A program made the translations under genes and the position numbers. Source: Ostrea edulis (lineage: Eukaryota). Taken from it: DNA of 64,000 bases. Position 1 is the first letter of the stretch; every line of letters starts with the position of its first letter. Where the stretch lies: NCBI RefSeq assembly GCF_947568905.1, contig NC_079172.1, positions 27,032,001 through 27,096,000 on the forward strand, read 5' to 3'. The notes below the pieces were generated by a model. It worked only from the letters and a program-made list of their open reading frames with translations, was not told where the DNA came from and made no database searches. Positions 24,736 through 38,000 of this stretch are shown one piece after another.

Positions 24736-25146
24736 AAAAAAAACTTGATAATTATATGTCACAACGAATAAAATAGTTATAATTATTAAAAGGCACTTAA
24801 TTTCATTCGGGGGATTGAGGTGTGAGGGTGTTAAAAGATAATTCGGGAAATGAGGTGTAGGGGTGTTCAAAAATGGTCACAACATGTATACTTAACCTCA
24901 AGGAAGCAACATTACCGCTGGAATATACTGGTAAATATTGCCGATGGAAGGATTAATTCAAACCTACAGTTCGATAATCAAGAAGTCAAAATAACATATG
25001 AGTATATCAATTTCTTGCTATTTACAAATGCTTCTCTGAAACAACATTTTAAAGCATAAATTGTATTTAGAAAATGAAATAAGATAATGATTTCTTTTAA
25101 AGTTGTAACTTTAAAAAACTCTTTGGAAACTGCTCGATAAGCTTTT

Positions 25147-25334
25147 AAAAAATCTTATGATACCACCAGGGCATCTTGTATCTGTAAAATCATATGCTTC
25201 ATTATTCCAAATAAACATTGATGCTAAAATTGGATAGATAGCGCATTAAATTTTAGCATCAATGTTTATTTGGAAAAATGAAGCATATGATTTTACAGAT
25301 ACAGGATGCCCTGGTTGGTATCATAAGATTTTTT
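25147..25334. repeat. 188-bp foldback palindrome
   Basis: ~85-bp arms with two mismatches and one indel; loop of about 16 nt. Confidence 0.85.
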
Positions 25335-25507
25335 CCACTAATGACTAATTTCTGCAAAACATTGAAAGGCAGTGAGCAGGACCATACGTCTTTAGAGATG
25401 AGAGAGAACAAAGGGAGGTAAGAAAAATATTTTTATGAAGTAATAGGGCAGGGTGTTTTGAGGTAGGTATTGAATATTGATCAACTGCTAAAATTTGCAA
25501 TAAGTGT

Positions 25508-25509
<2 letters not shown>

Positions 25510-25561
<52 letters not shown>
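25510..25561. repeat. (GA)n microsatellite
   Basis: Direct reading. Confidence 0.95.
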
Positions 25562-25564
<3 letters not shown>

Positions 25565-25631
25565 TAGGGATAGATAGTTTCAGGTTAAATATCAATGTAT
25601 GACACATCGTGTAAATAGCATATCAACTGAC

Positions 25632-27242
25632 AACAAGAGGCCCATAGGCCACATTGCTCACCTGAGTCATCTTGGCCCATATTTAAAGATGTTCCTTATA
25701 TATTCGCATGTAAACTTTGATCCCTACTGTGGCTCCAACCTACCGTCAGGAGCTATGATTTTTTACAAACTTGAATATGAACTATGTAAGGAGGTTTTCA
25801 CGTAAATGTAAACTTCTTTGGCCCAAAGATTCTTGAGAAGAAGATTTTAAAACAAATTCTCTATATATTTGTATACATGTAAAACTTTGATCCCCTATTG
25901 TGGGTCCCATCTACCCCCACCCACCCCCCGGGGGGGTCATGATTTAAAAAAAAAACAACACTTGAATATGTGCACTATGTCAGGAAGATGGATGTATGGC
26001 CAATATATGTGTCTGATGATGAAAACACATCTTCATAACTCTGAATCAGTTGAGAAAGTTGTTGTTTCTGTGCATCTGGTAAACAATCATCAACATGAAG
26101 TAATTCAAATTCACTGCTGTTTATGGCATTCACAGATGTAATTTCCTCAACGCTGACTGGTTGAATTTCACACAGTATAGCCTTTGGTGAAATAGTTACT
26201 GTCGTGGTTGTAATATTATCCACTTGAACTGGTATAGGCTGATCGCATGGGTACTGGAAATTTACTAATGAGGGTACAATGTCTAAGTCGGTGGGAATCC
26301 GAGACCTAGATGTTGCTTGCAACAGTGCACAAGTGGCATGATAAGGTAATACTTTGTCTACTTAACCTTGCAATGTGACTGACGAGTTTGGTGATACAAT
26401 GTTGACAATCCCAAGTCTGTTATATGGTTTTTCTGAAGTTTCCCCTCTTTACGTAGTAAAGATCTAAAAGATAATTGCCAAATTCATCTTACTGTCAGTG
26501 ATTCCAAATCCTGTAAGAAATATCTTTCTACCACTACCTGTGCAGTCTAACCAAATGTGGAACTCTACTCATAGACAAAGGGGTTAAAGGCCTTGGCGGG
26601 GAAAAACTAACCAATTTTGAATATTTAATTAATAAAGGGTTAAGAGTTTAAGGTTAAAGAAGACTTTTAAAGATTTTCTCTGTATATTTGTATGTAAAAT
26701 TTTGATCCCCTAATGCGGCTCCATCCTACCCCCGGGGGTCATGATTTTCACAAACTTGAATATGAACTATGTCAGGAAGCTTTCATGTAAAATTGTACTT
26801 TTCTAGCCCAGTGGTTCTTGAGAAGATTTTCAACGATTTTATCCATATAATCGCATGTAAAACTAGCTTTGATCTCCTATTGTGGCCCCATCCTATCCCC
26901 GGGGCCATGATTTCATCAAAGTTGAATCTGAAGTATGTCAGGAAGATTTCATGTAAATTTCAGCTTTTCTGGCCCAGTGGTTCTTGAGAAAGATTTTTTA
27001 GTAGACCCCACTCTATTTTTTGCATTTTTGTGATTATCTCCCCTTTAAAGGGGGCATGGCCCTTCATTTGAATAAACTTGAACTTCATTTAAGGATGATT
27101 TTGGGGAAAGTTTGGTTGAAATTGGTCTTGTGGTTCTGGAGAAGAAGTCGAAGATGTGAAAAGTTTACAGACAGACGGACAAACAGACGACGTACAACAG
27201 GCGATCAGAAATGGTAGAGCTTTCATATCAGGTGAGCTAAAA
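25632..27242 (+). mobile_element. Helentron-like non-autonomous element with ~165-bp internal satellite-like monomers, interrupted by a ~670-bp insert
   Basis: AACAAGAGGCCC...CTCACCTGAG start; monomers AAACTTGAAT...GAGAAGAAGATTTT; (GACA/GACG)n; CAGGTGAGCTAAAA end. Confidence 0.7.
25988..26560 (-). mobile_element. Gypsy/Ty3 pol fragment (pre-RT linker) inside a Helentron-like element
   Basis: TVTISPKAILCEIQPV...QLSQLIQSYEDVFSSSDTYIGHTSI. Confidence 0.75.
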
Positions 27243-27384
27243 GCAATGGAATACAAATGCATGTCACCTCGTACGAATAGCCATTGATTCATACAGGCTC
27301 TCAATTATTTTACATGATTTAAGGGTGGGGGGTCCAGGATGACGTTTGCAAATAAAACGTCGGGATGATCCAGATGATTGTCGT

Positions 27385-27909
27385 AAGATGGCGCTCAAAT
27401 CTCACAACATCCGGTTGAGGAAATTCGACATGAACCATTTGATGAAAAAAAGATGTGCAACTCTGCATGGGGATGAAAAGATATGCTTTGAAAACAGTAA
27501 ATAGATGGTAATGTTTAATAGTTCAGTTTGTCGATGGTTGCAAAAAAATTATTTCATGTCAGAGTAAGATTTACGTGAGCCCCAATGCATATACATGTAC
27601 AGTTACTTTGTATCTTTAATTGAAAGTTTAAAAGTTACAACCATTCGAATATTCAAAATGGCAACACGTACGGGTTCGAAATTGTAATATTTTTAAAGAA
27701 TATATTAAAGCAATTTATTTCATTAAGTGTGAATTTTGAACAAGTCCATTTTTTTCTAATGCAATATAGAGTTCTTTCCCTTGAACTATTGAAGTTAAAT
27801 TTACAAAATTATTATTTTTTCTTATTTCCATGTTACAGAATGCAACAATGGAAATAAAGAAAAACCATCTTCTTCCTAAGATGATATGTTGGTGCTGCTA
27901 CTGTTAAAG
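27385..27909 (+). promoter_or_regulatory. Probable TSS and 5'-UTR exons of the NR-ZnF gene (about 27385-27496 and 27839-27909)
   Basis: YY1-like AAGATGGCG at 27385; donor GTAAAT at 27497; strong pyrimidine acceptor ending TTACAG at 27838. Exon 27839-27909 has stops in all three frames, so it is read as UTR. Confidence 0.4.
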
Positions 27910-28119
27910 GTAGATCCTCTATATGTGCTGTATTAAACAGTATTTTGTTTGAAGTCATTTAAACTAACCAAAGTTTTGTCAGTATGATATTGGTAAACAA
28001 TGAAAATATTTCGATTTTACTATTTCCACAAATTATATACTGGTAATATGTCTTACGGCTTGATTGTGTTTGAGGGCGAAGCAAAAAGTATATTGGCATT
28101 AGTATGTCGATCTATAACA

Positions 28120-28518
28120 CATGGCTCGAAATTAACATATGCCCGTCAGTCTGTGACTGGTTAAAAGTCTGGCGGACTGACATACATTTGTTTTAGTCAG
28201 TCCGATTGGACTGGTTAATTTTCTAAAGCATCATTTTGGAAAATATATATATGAAATCTTATACACACATTAGGCATGCTTCGATCTGTAGATATCAGAC
28301 GAATTTGATTCGTAAATATAAATCCATTATAAGTGTTACAATATTGTCTGAGGCATATTGAGTTAATATTAAAATTTCATTTTAATAACATTAACGAAAT
28401 CTGCTTAATTATTTCTGGAAAACTCTGTTGAACTGATAAATTTTTCTGTGGACTGGTTGAAATTATACCCCATCAGTCCGGCTGGACTGGTGACATAAAA
28501 AGTTAGCTGCAAGCCCTG
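28120..28518. mobile_element. Non-autonomous TIR element with 5-bp TSD
   Basis: Imperfect TIRs CATGGCTCGAAATTAAC and GTTAGCTGCAAGCCCTG; TAACA on both flanks. Confidence 0.55.
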
Positions 28519-30755
28519 TAACAGGGTGAAAAATATCCCAAAGTTAGCATCTAAACTGTGAGGACAGATCTCTATTAGCCTATTCATTGAATGTGGGAAT
28601 TATAATGCAGTTGATGTAAACAGTGCATTGTGACATCATATTCAGTGTTTGTGTTTAGCATTTACAAACATAGGAGATGTGGTACAGGTACGTTAATCGA
28701 GGAGTGATTATATATTAAGAAAATGATTTACATGCTTTTACAGATGTTATGTAACATCTCAGAATAACGTGAACTAGGGTAGACAAGATGCAAAATGGAG
28801 AATTACATGTCTATGCGATTGTATTCAAATGGATACCATTTGAACCAAAATTTTCAAGTTCAAAAGGCATAGTTTAGTTTTTTATCAATTTTCTTTATTT
28901 TCCTTTTAAACATGTATATACGTGTTACCTACAGGGAGAGCTCCGCTCTCACGGCCCTTCGGCTGTGATAGGGCTTTGCCCTCTATTAAAGGGGTACTAG
29001 TCTTCTCAAAGTAAGGAGGAAATGATTTTTCTAGCAAATATTTATGAAGAAGAGACGTTTATGGTGGTAGCGTGAGAAAAATATTGTTACTAGAATAAAC
29101 ATCATGGAAGTTCAGGTATATAGTCATAATGGATGGTGGTTTCATGTTAAACATAAAATTTAACTCCCTTTCTATTGCTCAAAATGGTTCTCTCTACCCT
29201 CTTTTCTGTCTGACTGTCTGTCAGCAGCCTACAGGTCTTGCATGCTTTTATGTTGCCTTGTAGTTGTTTACTTATGGGGTGTTCACTATCCTACTCCGAG
29301 AATACATAATTAAATAGGAAATTAGGTTGATGATTTTTTAATCCGATCGAGTTAAATTGCATAATTTGCATAAAGTGTATAGCTTATATAGCTTGATATG
29401 AAATACACACGTTTTACTCCTGCAGTGATATCCAAAGAAAATGACATATATATAGCTTTAAGGCGAATTCCACATACATATCAATGTCTAAGGGGGATCT
29501 AGAATTTTTCATAGGGGAGTGGGTTCCACTCCATACAATTTTTTTTCAGGAGTTCCAATTTATACTCTGGACAAAATGAAATAGATAAGCATAATATTTA
29601 TTTTTGATCTAATCTAACCTTGGTATGACATAGGCTCATCGAATAGAAAAGATTATCCATTGAAGACACAAAAAAAACCTGGAAAACCTTTGTAGTGTAT
29701 TGAAAATCACACCATAGGAGATGGAAAAAAATCTTTATAAATATCTATTTAATAGCAAAGTGATGATGTATCCTTAAATTTTATGTGATAATTAATCCTC
29801 ATGCAGCATAAACATAGTTTTCATAGTTTAGAGAAATTAGAACAATATCATATACAGAATCCTATCTTTAACTCGCTGATTAAATATTTTGTAATTTAAT
29901 GTAGATTTAACTTAGCTACTGTTAGACCCCCCCCCTCCCCCTTTTAATAAAGTTGATTAGAATGGCATCTCCATGTAAAAGTAGTTCATTTTGCATATTT
30001 TCTTGTTCATTCAATTCAAGTGTCAAGAGATGAATTGATCAGATTATTTTATCATGTTTGAAAGGTAGACATTACTAAGCCATTCTCAAGAGCTTGATAA
30101 AATATATAGCTAAATCAAGATGTACCAGACGGGTTAAAGTATCATATAGTGTAGTCTCAAGTTTGCTTAAAGCATCCTCTTTGTTCAGTTCAGGCCTACA
30201 TTTGTAATCCAAAGTTTTTCCATGCTGCATAGGAATCACATTGATGTATGCTACAACAAAGGTCAACATCTCTTACAATTATTCTGAACAACTAGATTGA
30301 ATTTTAGTCAAATTTTGAATATATGCAAGTATTCCCTAGTAGTGTAAATTTGAGTTTGTTTGAACCATCAGCCTTAACATAGTTTGGGGCCACAATTGTG
30401 GACAGAGTAAGACATATTTCTACAAAAACAAAACAATCCACATCAGTGTTGTAGCCCTTTGACCATGTGTTCTCCGGATAATATCATAATATAATCTGAA
30501 GTAATCTAATTTCTATTTGTTTCAGGTCAATAGAAGTTTGGACAAAACCACTGTGATTGTTGTATAAGACCGGCTTCCTTTGAAAACGGAAAAGATCCCA
30601 AAATGCTTGTATTTTATTGGAACATGTAACAGAATCTCCTGTACTCAATGGAATACAAGTTTTTAGATTTTAATATGCACTGTGCATTCTCATATTTGTA
30701 CTAAATGAGAGCATATAGTGATACTATAGTTGTCCTGATTTCAAGATTTTAAACA

Positions 30756-31239
30756 ATGGAACAAAGTAGAACTGATAAAACACAGTCAGGTGAATTGATC
30801 AATAGAAAAGATCCTAGGAATTCCCCAGCTCTATGGGTACACCATAGACCGAATGCTGGGAGCAGCTCACAAACTTCAAATGAACAAAGTGTTGTAGGAA
30901 TCTCCTCACAACTACAGACAAATGCCTGTAGATCAATTAGTAGTACCCAGCAGAAGACATTTCCTGTTATTCAATTGAATGCAGATACCAACCAAACTGC
31001 ACTAGAATTCTTCAAAATTGAAAGTACTTCTTCTCCCTCGTGTCATGTTGGAACAGTGCGAAATATTATACCCAGTAATTTACAGTGCAGCGTGTCAAGG
31101 TCAGATAGAGATGACCTCCATCAGACAGTTATACCAGCCTTTATTGTAGTGTCAAAGAAACGGAAGCTAGGAAATGAGGTCATATGTATTGATGAGGAGG
31201 AGGAGGAGAATTCTTCTGGCAAAAAAGATGGCAAACCAG
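30756..31239 (+). CDS. Coding exon 1 (S/T/Q-rich; KKRK NLS-like; VICIDEEEEE SIM-like)
   Basis: ORF 30756; acceptor TTTCAAG ending at 30745; donor CCAG|GTAACT. Confidence 0.75.
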
Positions 31240-31954
31240 GTAACTACAAACTGACGGAGAGATGGTATATGGTCATTTGGCATTCATCTTAGTAGCTATA
31301 GAACGAGCTGTTTGGGGAAATATTTGGGGTATCCCAATTTTCAGTTCTACAGCTCTCTGCTTCATAATGTATGGATAGAATCATTGAAAACAATCTCTAG
31401 CTCATTGGAACTATACTTTTATCCCAGCCAAGTTTTCAATGGTGTGTGTTTATAGGTCACTGCTGATAAAGTAGTGATTGGATATTTGAATACTTGCGTG
31501 GTCATTTACATTAAAAATGGCTGATTATAAATGAATCCTAGTCGGGTTTATAATGACATGTTTCACTACTGATGTAATTACATCTGGAGATGGTTGGATG
31601 TGGTTGATGACTCGACGGTCCATGAACAACATCAAAGCTGTTTTAGGTGTCACTACTGATGTAATCCATAGATTGAATTTTTGAGTACTTGTTAGGTCAC
31701 ATTACCCAGAAATACAATGGATACAAAAGTCTTATGTGAGCTACACCACCCAATATCAATAATAAACACATAGTCAATCATTGTATAATTTTCTTTCTCT
31801 CTCTCTCTGATATCATGCACATGTATATATACAAATGTAGATATATACCGCATAACGGGTATTTTCTGCAGATGGAAAGTTTTGCAATTTGATTCATAAA
31901 TAGTAGCAAATTATAGTCTGGGTTTGACAGTTTCCAATTTCTTCGATTCGTTTT

Positions 31955-32011
<57 letters not shown>

Positions 32012-35000
32012 GATTGTTATTTTGTGGATTTTCCTATCTGCAAAAAGTGGACAACTGCGGAAAATACCCATTATATAGTAATACCCATTTACCTATGTAG
32101 CAGTAAGATAAGTTCGATCGCCTGTGGCCAGATAGCTTGGTAGAGCACCTGATTAGGGGGATCTGAGTTCAAATCCTAGTCTTGTCCATTTTCTCTCTTC
32201 CTGTGACACCTAAAACAGCTTTGATGTTGTTGATGGACTGTCAAGTCACCAACCGTATCCAACCAGCTCCAGATGTTTTATCCCCTAATCTTCGGGACGT
32301 AAGGACACCAGAAGGTGATCAGTTTTGGTTTGTATAATTATTTAAGCTGTTTTTATCTTTTCAGATCAGAGTACTAAGGCAACATCAAAGACAACACACT
32401 TAATTCAACCAGTGGTTGGCCAAGGAAGTGTTGGCAGCCAAGTGCTCATTCAAACACAAACTATAAGCACAGCTGGCTCTAGAGTACCCCAGCAACCTCC
32501 TACAACTATCCCCCAGTCCTCTAACCTTATAAGCAAACTCAACTCAACTCAGCCCAACCCAGCAATTAGTACTCAATCATCAAAACAGACAACAAAAGAC
32601 ATCTGCAAAATAGGAAATATAGATAAAGAAAATGTGCCCACTTCAGCCATACTGTCAAGACAGACTGGTTCTCTCCCAAATGCTGGTTCCTTGTGCTGCA
32701 GTAAGGAATGTACGTACTCATCCTCATCGATTCCAGCAACAGACATATCAATTGGTAAGTTCATGTTAGCAATAAAAAAAAGAGAGTGAATTTTGTAGAT
32801 TTCATTTGTTTTGCTACAGAAATTTGATAATGAGAGAAAAGCTGCCAATTAATTGCTTGGTCAAAAGGCTAAAGTTCAAGATCTTGGTCAGTGATTCAAT
32901 ATTGCTAATGTTTTGGATGCAACAGCAAGAGTCTCTCAGCCTCATACTTGCTACATACATGTACATGATTATTGTAGGTGGGAGGGAAAACATAGCTGGG
33001 ATTTTAATCTGTATGAAAACTTTTAAAGTAAATAACAATAGAGTAGTGTTTCAAAAGTTCTCTTTATTTTGTATACATTTGACCACAGATTTACCTGTAT
33101 AAAAAGCTAGCACCACACCAGACTAAGTTCACTAAAGGTTTAAACCCTGGTATGGACACAACAAAGTGAATTCCCTATTGAGAAAGTACTGCTTTTCTCT
33201 TTTGATTTATTAAAAAACTATAAAGTTGTAAAGTTTTTTTTACATGAAGGAGATATTTCCCCTTAATCACCTCCAATGGTCATCCCTAATCTGCATAATT
33301 TTCTCAAAAACGAAATTGTTCAGTATTTAAATTTTTTTTCCACAAAATGAAAATATTCAACCTATTTTCCATGGTAAATGGGGCAGAGCATCGGGCCATT
33401 AGAAGGTACCCTGGTTTTTTGGGGTTTTTTTTCCATATTGGATTATGAATGTCCTTTGGACATATTTCTAGTTTATATTCAATGTTAACTAAATAAGTAG
33501 AAACACTGTGAGAGCATGACACCCTGTCATTGAGTACTACTAATCATTCATAATTATTGCTTTAATAATGATGAATACAATGGCATGGTTACTCAATCAT
33601 GAAGCTTGGACTTAGGGGGTGCTAGTACCAAGTGATTTGGTAGAGTTAAACCTCTTTTGTTTGAGGGTGAAACCTGTACTAATTGATATAATTGGTTCAG
33701 TATTACTGTGTCTGTGAGGTGATCCATCAGCACCTTGGCTTGTGGGAAGGATATAAATACAGATGTAGTACTAATAAGGCAAGAATGATCAAACCAAACT
33801 TGGCATACTTGTTCCCCAATGTGAGAGGAAGATTCCTGTTATTTCTCAAGATTAAAGGTCTTGGGTAATCAAAAAGTGAAAATAGTAATAATGGGTTAGT
33901 ATTTTCAAAGTTGTATGTCTTCCCCATGGTGTTGGTTCCTAGTCTATTTAGGAACATAATATTTTGCTTCCCAAGTTATATTTTGTTTGAGGGAAATCTT
34001 TCTACTTTATGATATTTAACAGAGCCATTTGAGAAATAACATTTTGTTAAAACTTGCCAATACAGTATTAGAAACATACATGTATATTCTCTTGCAACTG
34101 CATCCTTGATTGTTTGAAATTGTGTTTAGTCAAGTTTTATTTTCTACATAATTTTTCATTGTCAGAACCATATTTTGACCAAAGAGTGGTTTATTTGGAT
34201 ATTAATCTTTGATTACTAAGTACTGCATTGGATGGGGTTATTGCAGTATGAGCATTGAAAGCAATGATGGAGGGGGGGGGGGGGGGGGGCAGAGATGAAA
34301 AGAATTATAAATGAAATGATATGTGATGATGTCTGGACAATTCTACTCAGCAGTAGTGTGTATGTTGCATCATCTGGTTTCATGAAGGATTATTTTCCAG
34401 ACTTTTGATTATATGATAAAACAATGTATGCTTTTTTTGAAAATGTTACTTAAATGAGAAAACTGTTATTATAATGTTTTTATATCAAAGTTGAATAAGT
34501 AAATTAGTTGTCATACTTTCATATTGTATGTGTTGAAATATTAATGTTGTTTTCATCTATATTATAGATCAGAGTACATCAACATCACCAGATATGTGCA
34601 ATGTCTATGATAATGAGGAACCAATATCACTCATACAGCAAGGCATTCCATTGATTGGTAACTCCCAAGATCTCTGTGAATCAAACCCAGGTAGGATATT
34701 TGTTTTGTTTTTGCAGGGTTCAAAGTTCAAATCCTTTGGGGAAAGGATTTCTTCAGACTTTATTGCTGGTATAGAAATCATGGACTTTACACTGAGTGAT
34801 GAAATCCTACAGGGGAAGGATTAGGTATAGCAAAATCCTACAGATGGACTTTACAATGGCTAAATCCTAAATCTTCAGGATTTTATAGTGGTTAAATCCT
34901 AAATATGAAGGACTTTATAATGTTTTATTCCTAGAGATGAGTAACCTAATGGTTCAACTCATAATGGTTGAATTCTGCAGATGAAGTTCATAATAGTTTT

Positions 35001-38000
35001 AAAGTCCTTTAAGAAAAAAATATAATTATGGTCATAGGTTGATGAAGAAAGCAACGATAAGGCCAATAAAAAATTAACTAATAGTTTCTCAGGCCCCGCC
35101 ACATCCGTTGAAAAAGATACCACATGGAATTGTTTTTCCACTTTATTGTTGTTTATTTATGTAAATGAGGTAACTCTTATGTAATAAAATTTTAAGTATC
35201 TTTTTGATCAAATAATTATTGAATGCATACTCATTTATGTGCAAGTGTTTAAAAATAATAGTATAAACCTAATAGTAAGTAATGTGAAGCTATTTTTGAT
35301 ATACATGAGGAAGAAAAGGGTAACTCATTCTACAGTCAGCATAAAAAGAAAGATAACTCATGCTTGTCTGCCTCATCAAAATTTGAAACTTTTGGCCTGA
35401 GAAACTATTTATTAATTTTTTGTGACCGAATTTGGTTAACTTTATAGGGTCCACTTTCCATTCGGACAGAATAATCTAAAAATATACTGATAACAGCATC
35501 AATGACCTGCATATTTCACAATTCCTCATGATTTTCCCTGAATATAGAGGGCACTAAGTATGTTGTAGTCCTTTATTCATGATGTCAGTACTAGGAATGA
35601 TAGAACATTTGTTATTACATGTATATTTGATTACAATATCAAGTGTCGGTTCAACATGTTCAAGGAATTTTTATGTCACCGTAATCAGAGATTCTGGGAC
35701 ATACAGGTTTTTTTTAAAAGTTAAGTGTAATGATTGAAAATGATACAATCGACCATTAATGTTCACCACTAATTTTATGTCTGTGTCCTTTTGCGAATTT
35801 TTATGCCACCATAGTCAGAGATCCAGGGACATATAGTTTTCTATCTGTTTGTCCATAAAAAACTTTAACCAGTTACCTTCGCCATAACTTTAGAATAGAT
35901 GGTGAAAAGCCTTTCATATTTCACTTGTGAATTCTTTGTGACAATTAAAGATTTTTTTTTTGTACCAAAATTTTTTACCTTGACATTTTGGCCATATGGG
36001 GGGTAGCAGTGTTTCACAGACATATCTTGTTGTGCAAGCAATATTGGGTCATAATGTAACAATGTACATGTATGTAATTATAAAGATAATGAATATGAAA
36101 CAACAAGTAAAAAACAACTAATGAAAAAAACCCAGTTTAAAGCAAGAAAATAACCTCTAAAGGGTTAGTAAAAGTACTAATAAGTATCGTCGACTGCCCT
36201 ATTTCAGTGACTGACCAGAATCGGTGACCTGTTGTTTACGTGTGCGCGTTGTCGTTTCCGGGTGTAGATTGCGTCATAAATTTCGCTGTAGTGTTTGCAA
36301 ACATATATAGAGTACGTCTTCAATTTTTTTCCGAAAATGAACTACTAGAAGGAGAGTATGCAAAAAATCAACACGAGCACCCCAAAAATAAGCCCATTTA
36401 CTTATTACTTTTTCAAGCAAACCTTCAAATTAATATAAAGTATACCAAAAGTCTAGAATTTTACACTATGTTATTTTATTCATTGACATTTAAATGTACA
36501 TTCCTCCTGTATATACGTTTTAACAGTTAAAAACTTTGGCAAACCTGTATTAACAATGATTACCGAAATAGGTGACGTCACCGTTTTCGGAGCACAAAGT
36601 GACATGTTTTTTGTTACAAAAATATATTCAATTAACGTACCAATGAATTTGGAATTTTTGGATGAAAGTAAAGGAATTTAATTACTTTAAAGGTAGGTGT
36701 GTAATTTATCTATTTAATCCAAGTGATTAATGAGAAAATCATGGTTTATCACTAAGGTCACCGAAACTGGTCAGTCGACGATACTAAAAGTACTAGTAAA
36801 AAGCATTAAAAGTACATTAGAACTGTACTATGATTGATGAACTTACAATGATATTTGTATCATATCATTATATAAATTTAGACTGTGGCATGAAGTAAAA
36901 AAAAATTTCTTTATTTGTTTATGTTTCAGAAATGTTGAAAGAAGTCCCAAGGATTTGTAAAGTGTGTGGTGAAGAATCCAAGGGGAGTCCATTTGGCGTC
37001 CCTGCCTGTCTTTCCTGTTCGGTATGATGCCGATCTAAATTATGTAAAATTGTATAGCTGGCTGGATGAAAACACACTTCATTTACATAAATTAAAAGTA
37101 AAGTGTAATTTTGAAAATTCAATGAGGAAACAAGCTCTAAAAATAGATACACGATAGCAGGTGTAATGTGCATATAGATGTTTGTTAGGGTTTGCTTTTC
37201 TTGATTTTATGTCCCAGTATAAATGGCACATTTTGTTCGCTAATTCATAAGTTATGAAATTCTTTTTGACAGGTGTTCTTCAGGAACTGTACTGAAGACG
37301 ACTTGAAGATAAGTAGACATCGACAGTACATGGGGCGCTGCGGTTGTCAGCTTTGTCATCTCTTCTGTTGCTACTTACGCGGGATGAAACCAGAAAGTAA
37401 TTATCAAACAGTCTGACACTCACATTAACTATGCTACTCACAAACAAACAGTGTGACACTCACATTAACTATGCTACTCAAATGATTCTAATTTCTCTAG
37501 AATCATTCATGTATGTAAATGTCAATATATATTGTGGTCAATGATTTTTTAATAAATTTCCTCCAAATTTTTTATGGGATGTAGAGTCAATCAGTAGTTT
37601 TAAATTGAAATATCATGATTATACACTTTAGTATTAGCTAAGTTCCCAGAAAAGAATGATTTCACACCATGATCACTCTATATAGAGCTAGAAATTTTCA
37701 TTAATAAATGTATAATGGATATGTCATAAATCTCTGTTTACAATAATCATAGGCATTGTTTTCTTCATTGTACCTATGTAATTTTCTTGCTTGATTTGTA
37801 ATTTTAATGAAGTATAATGTTTTATATTTCAGATTCAGATTTTCTGGTGTGTACAGTTTGTAGTAAACCTTTCATATTAAGATACTTTCTGATACAGCAT
37901 CAGAAAAATTGCCAGAAGTCTCCAGTCAGTCCAAAATGTGACACATGTGGCCTCACGTTTGCTACAGACAGTCAACTGAAACAACACAAGAAGAGCAAGG

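Noticed and set aside
32365-34590. Exons 2 and 3 both begin ATCAGAGTAC (DQST), suggesting exon duplication
   Set aside because: Similarity is limited to about 10-20 nt and is too short to support homology.
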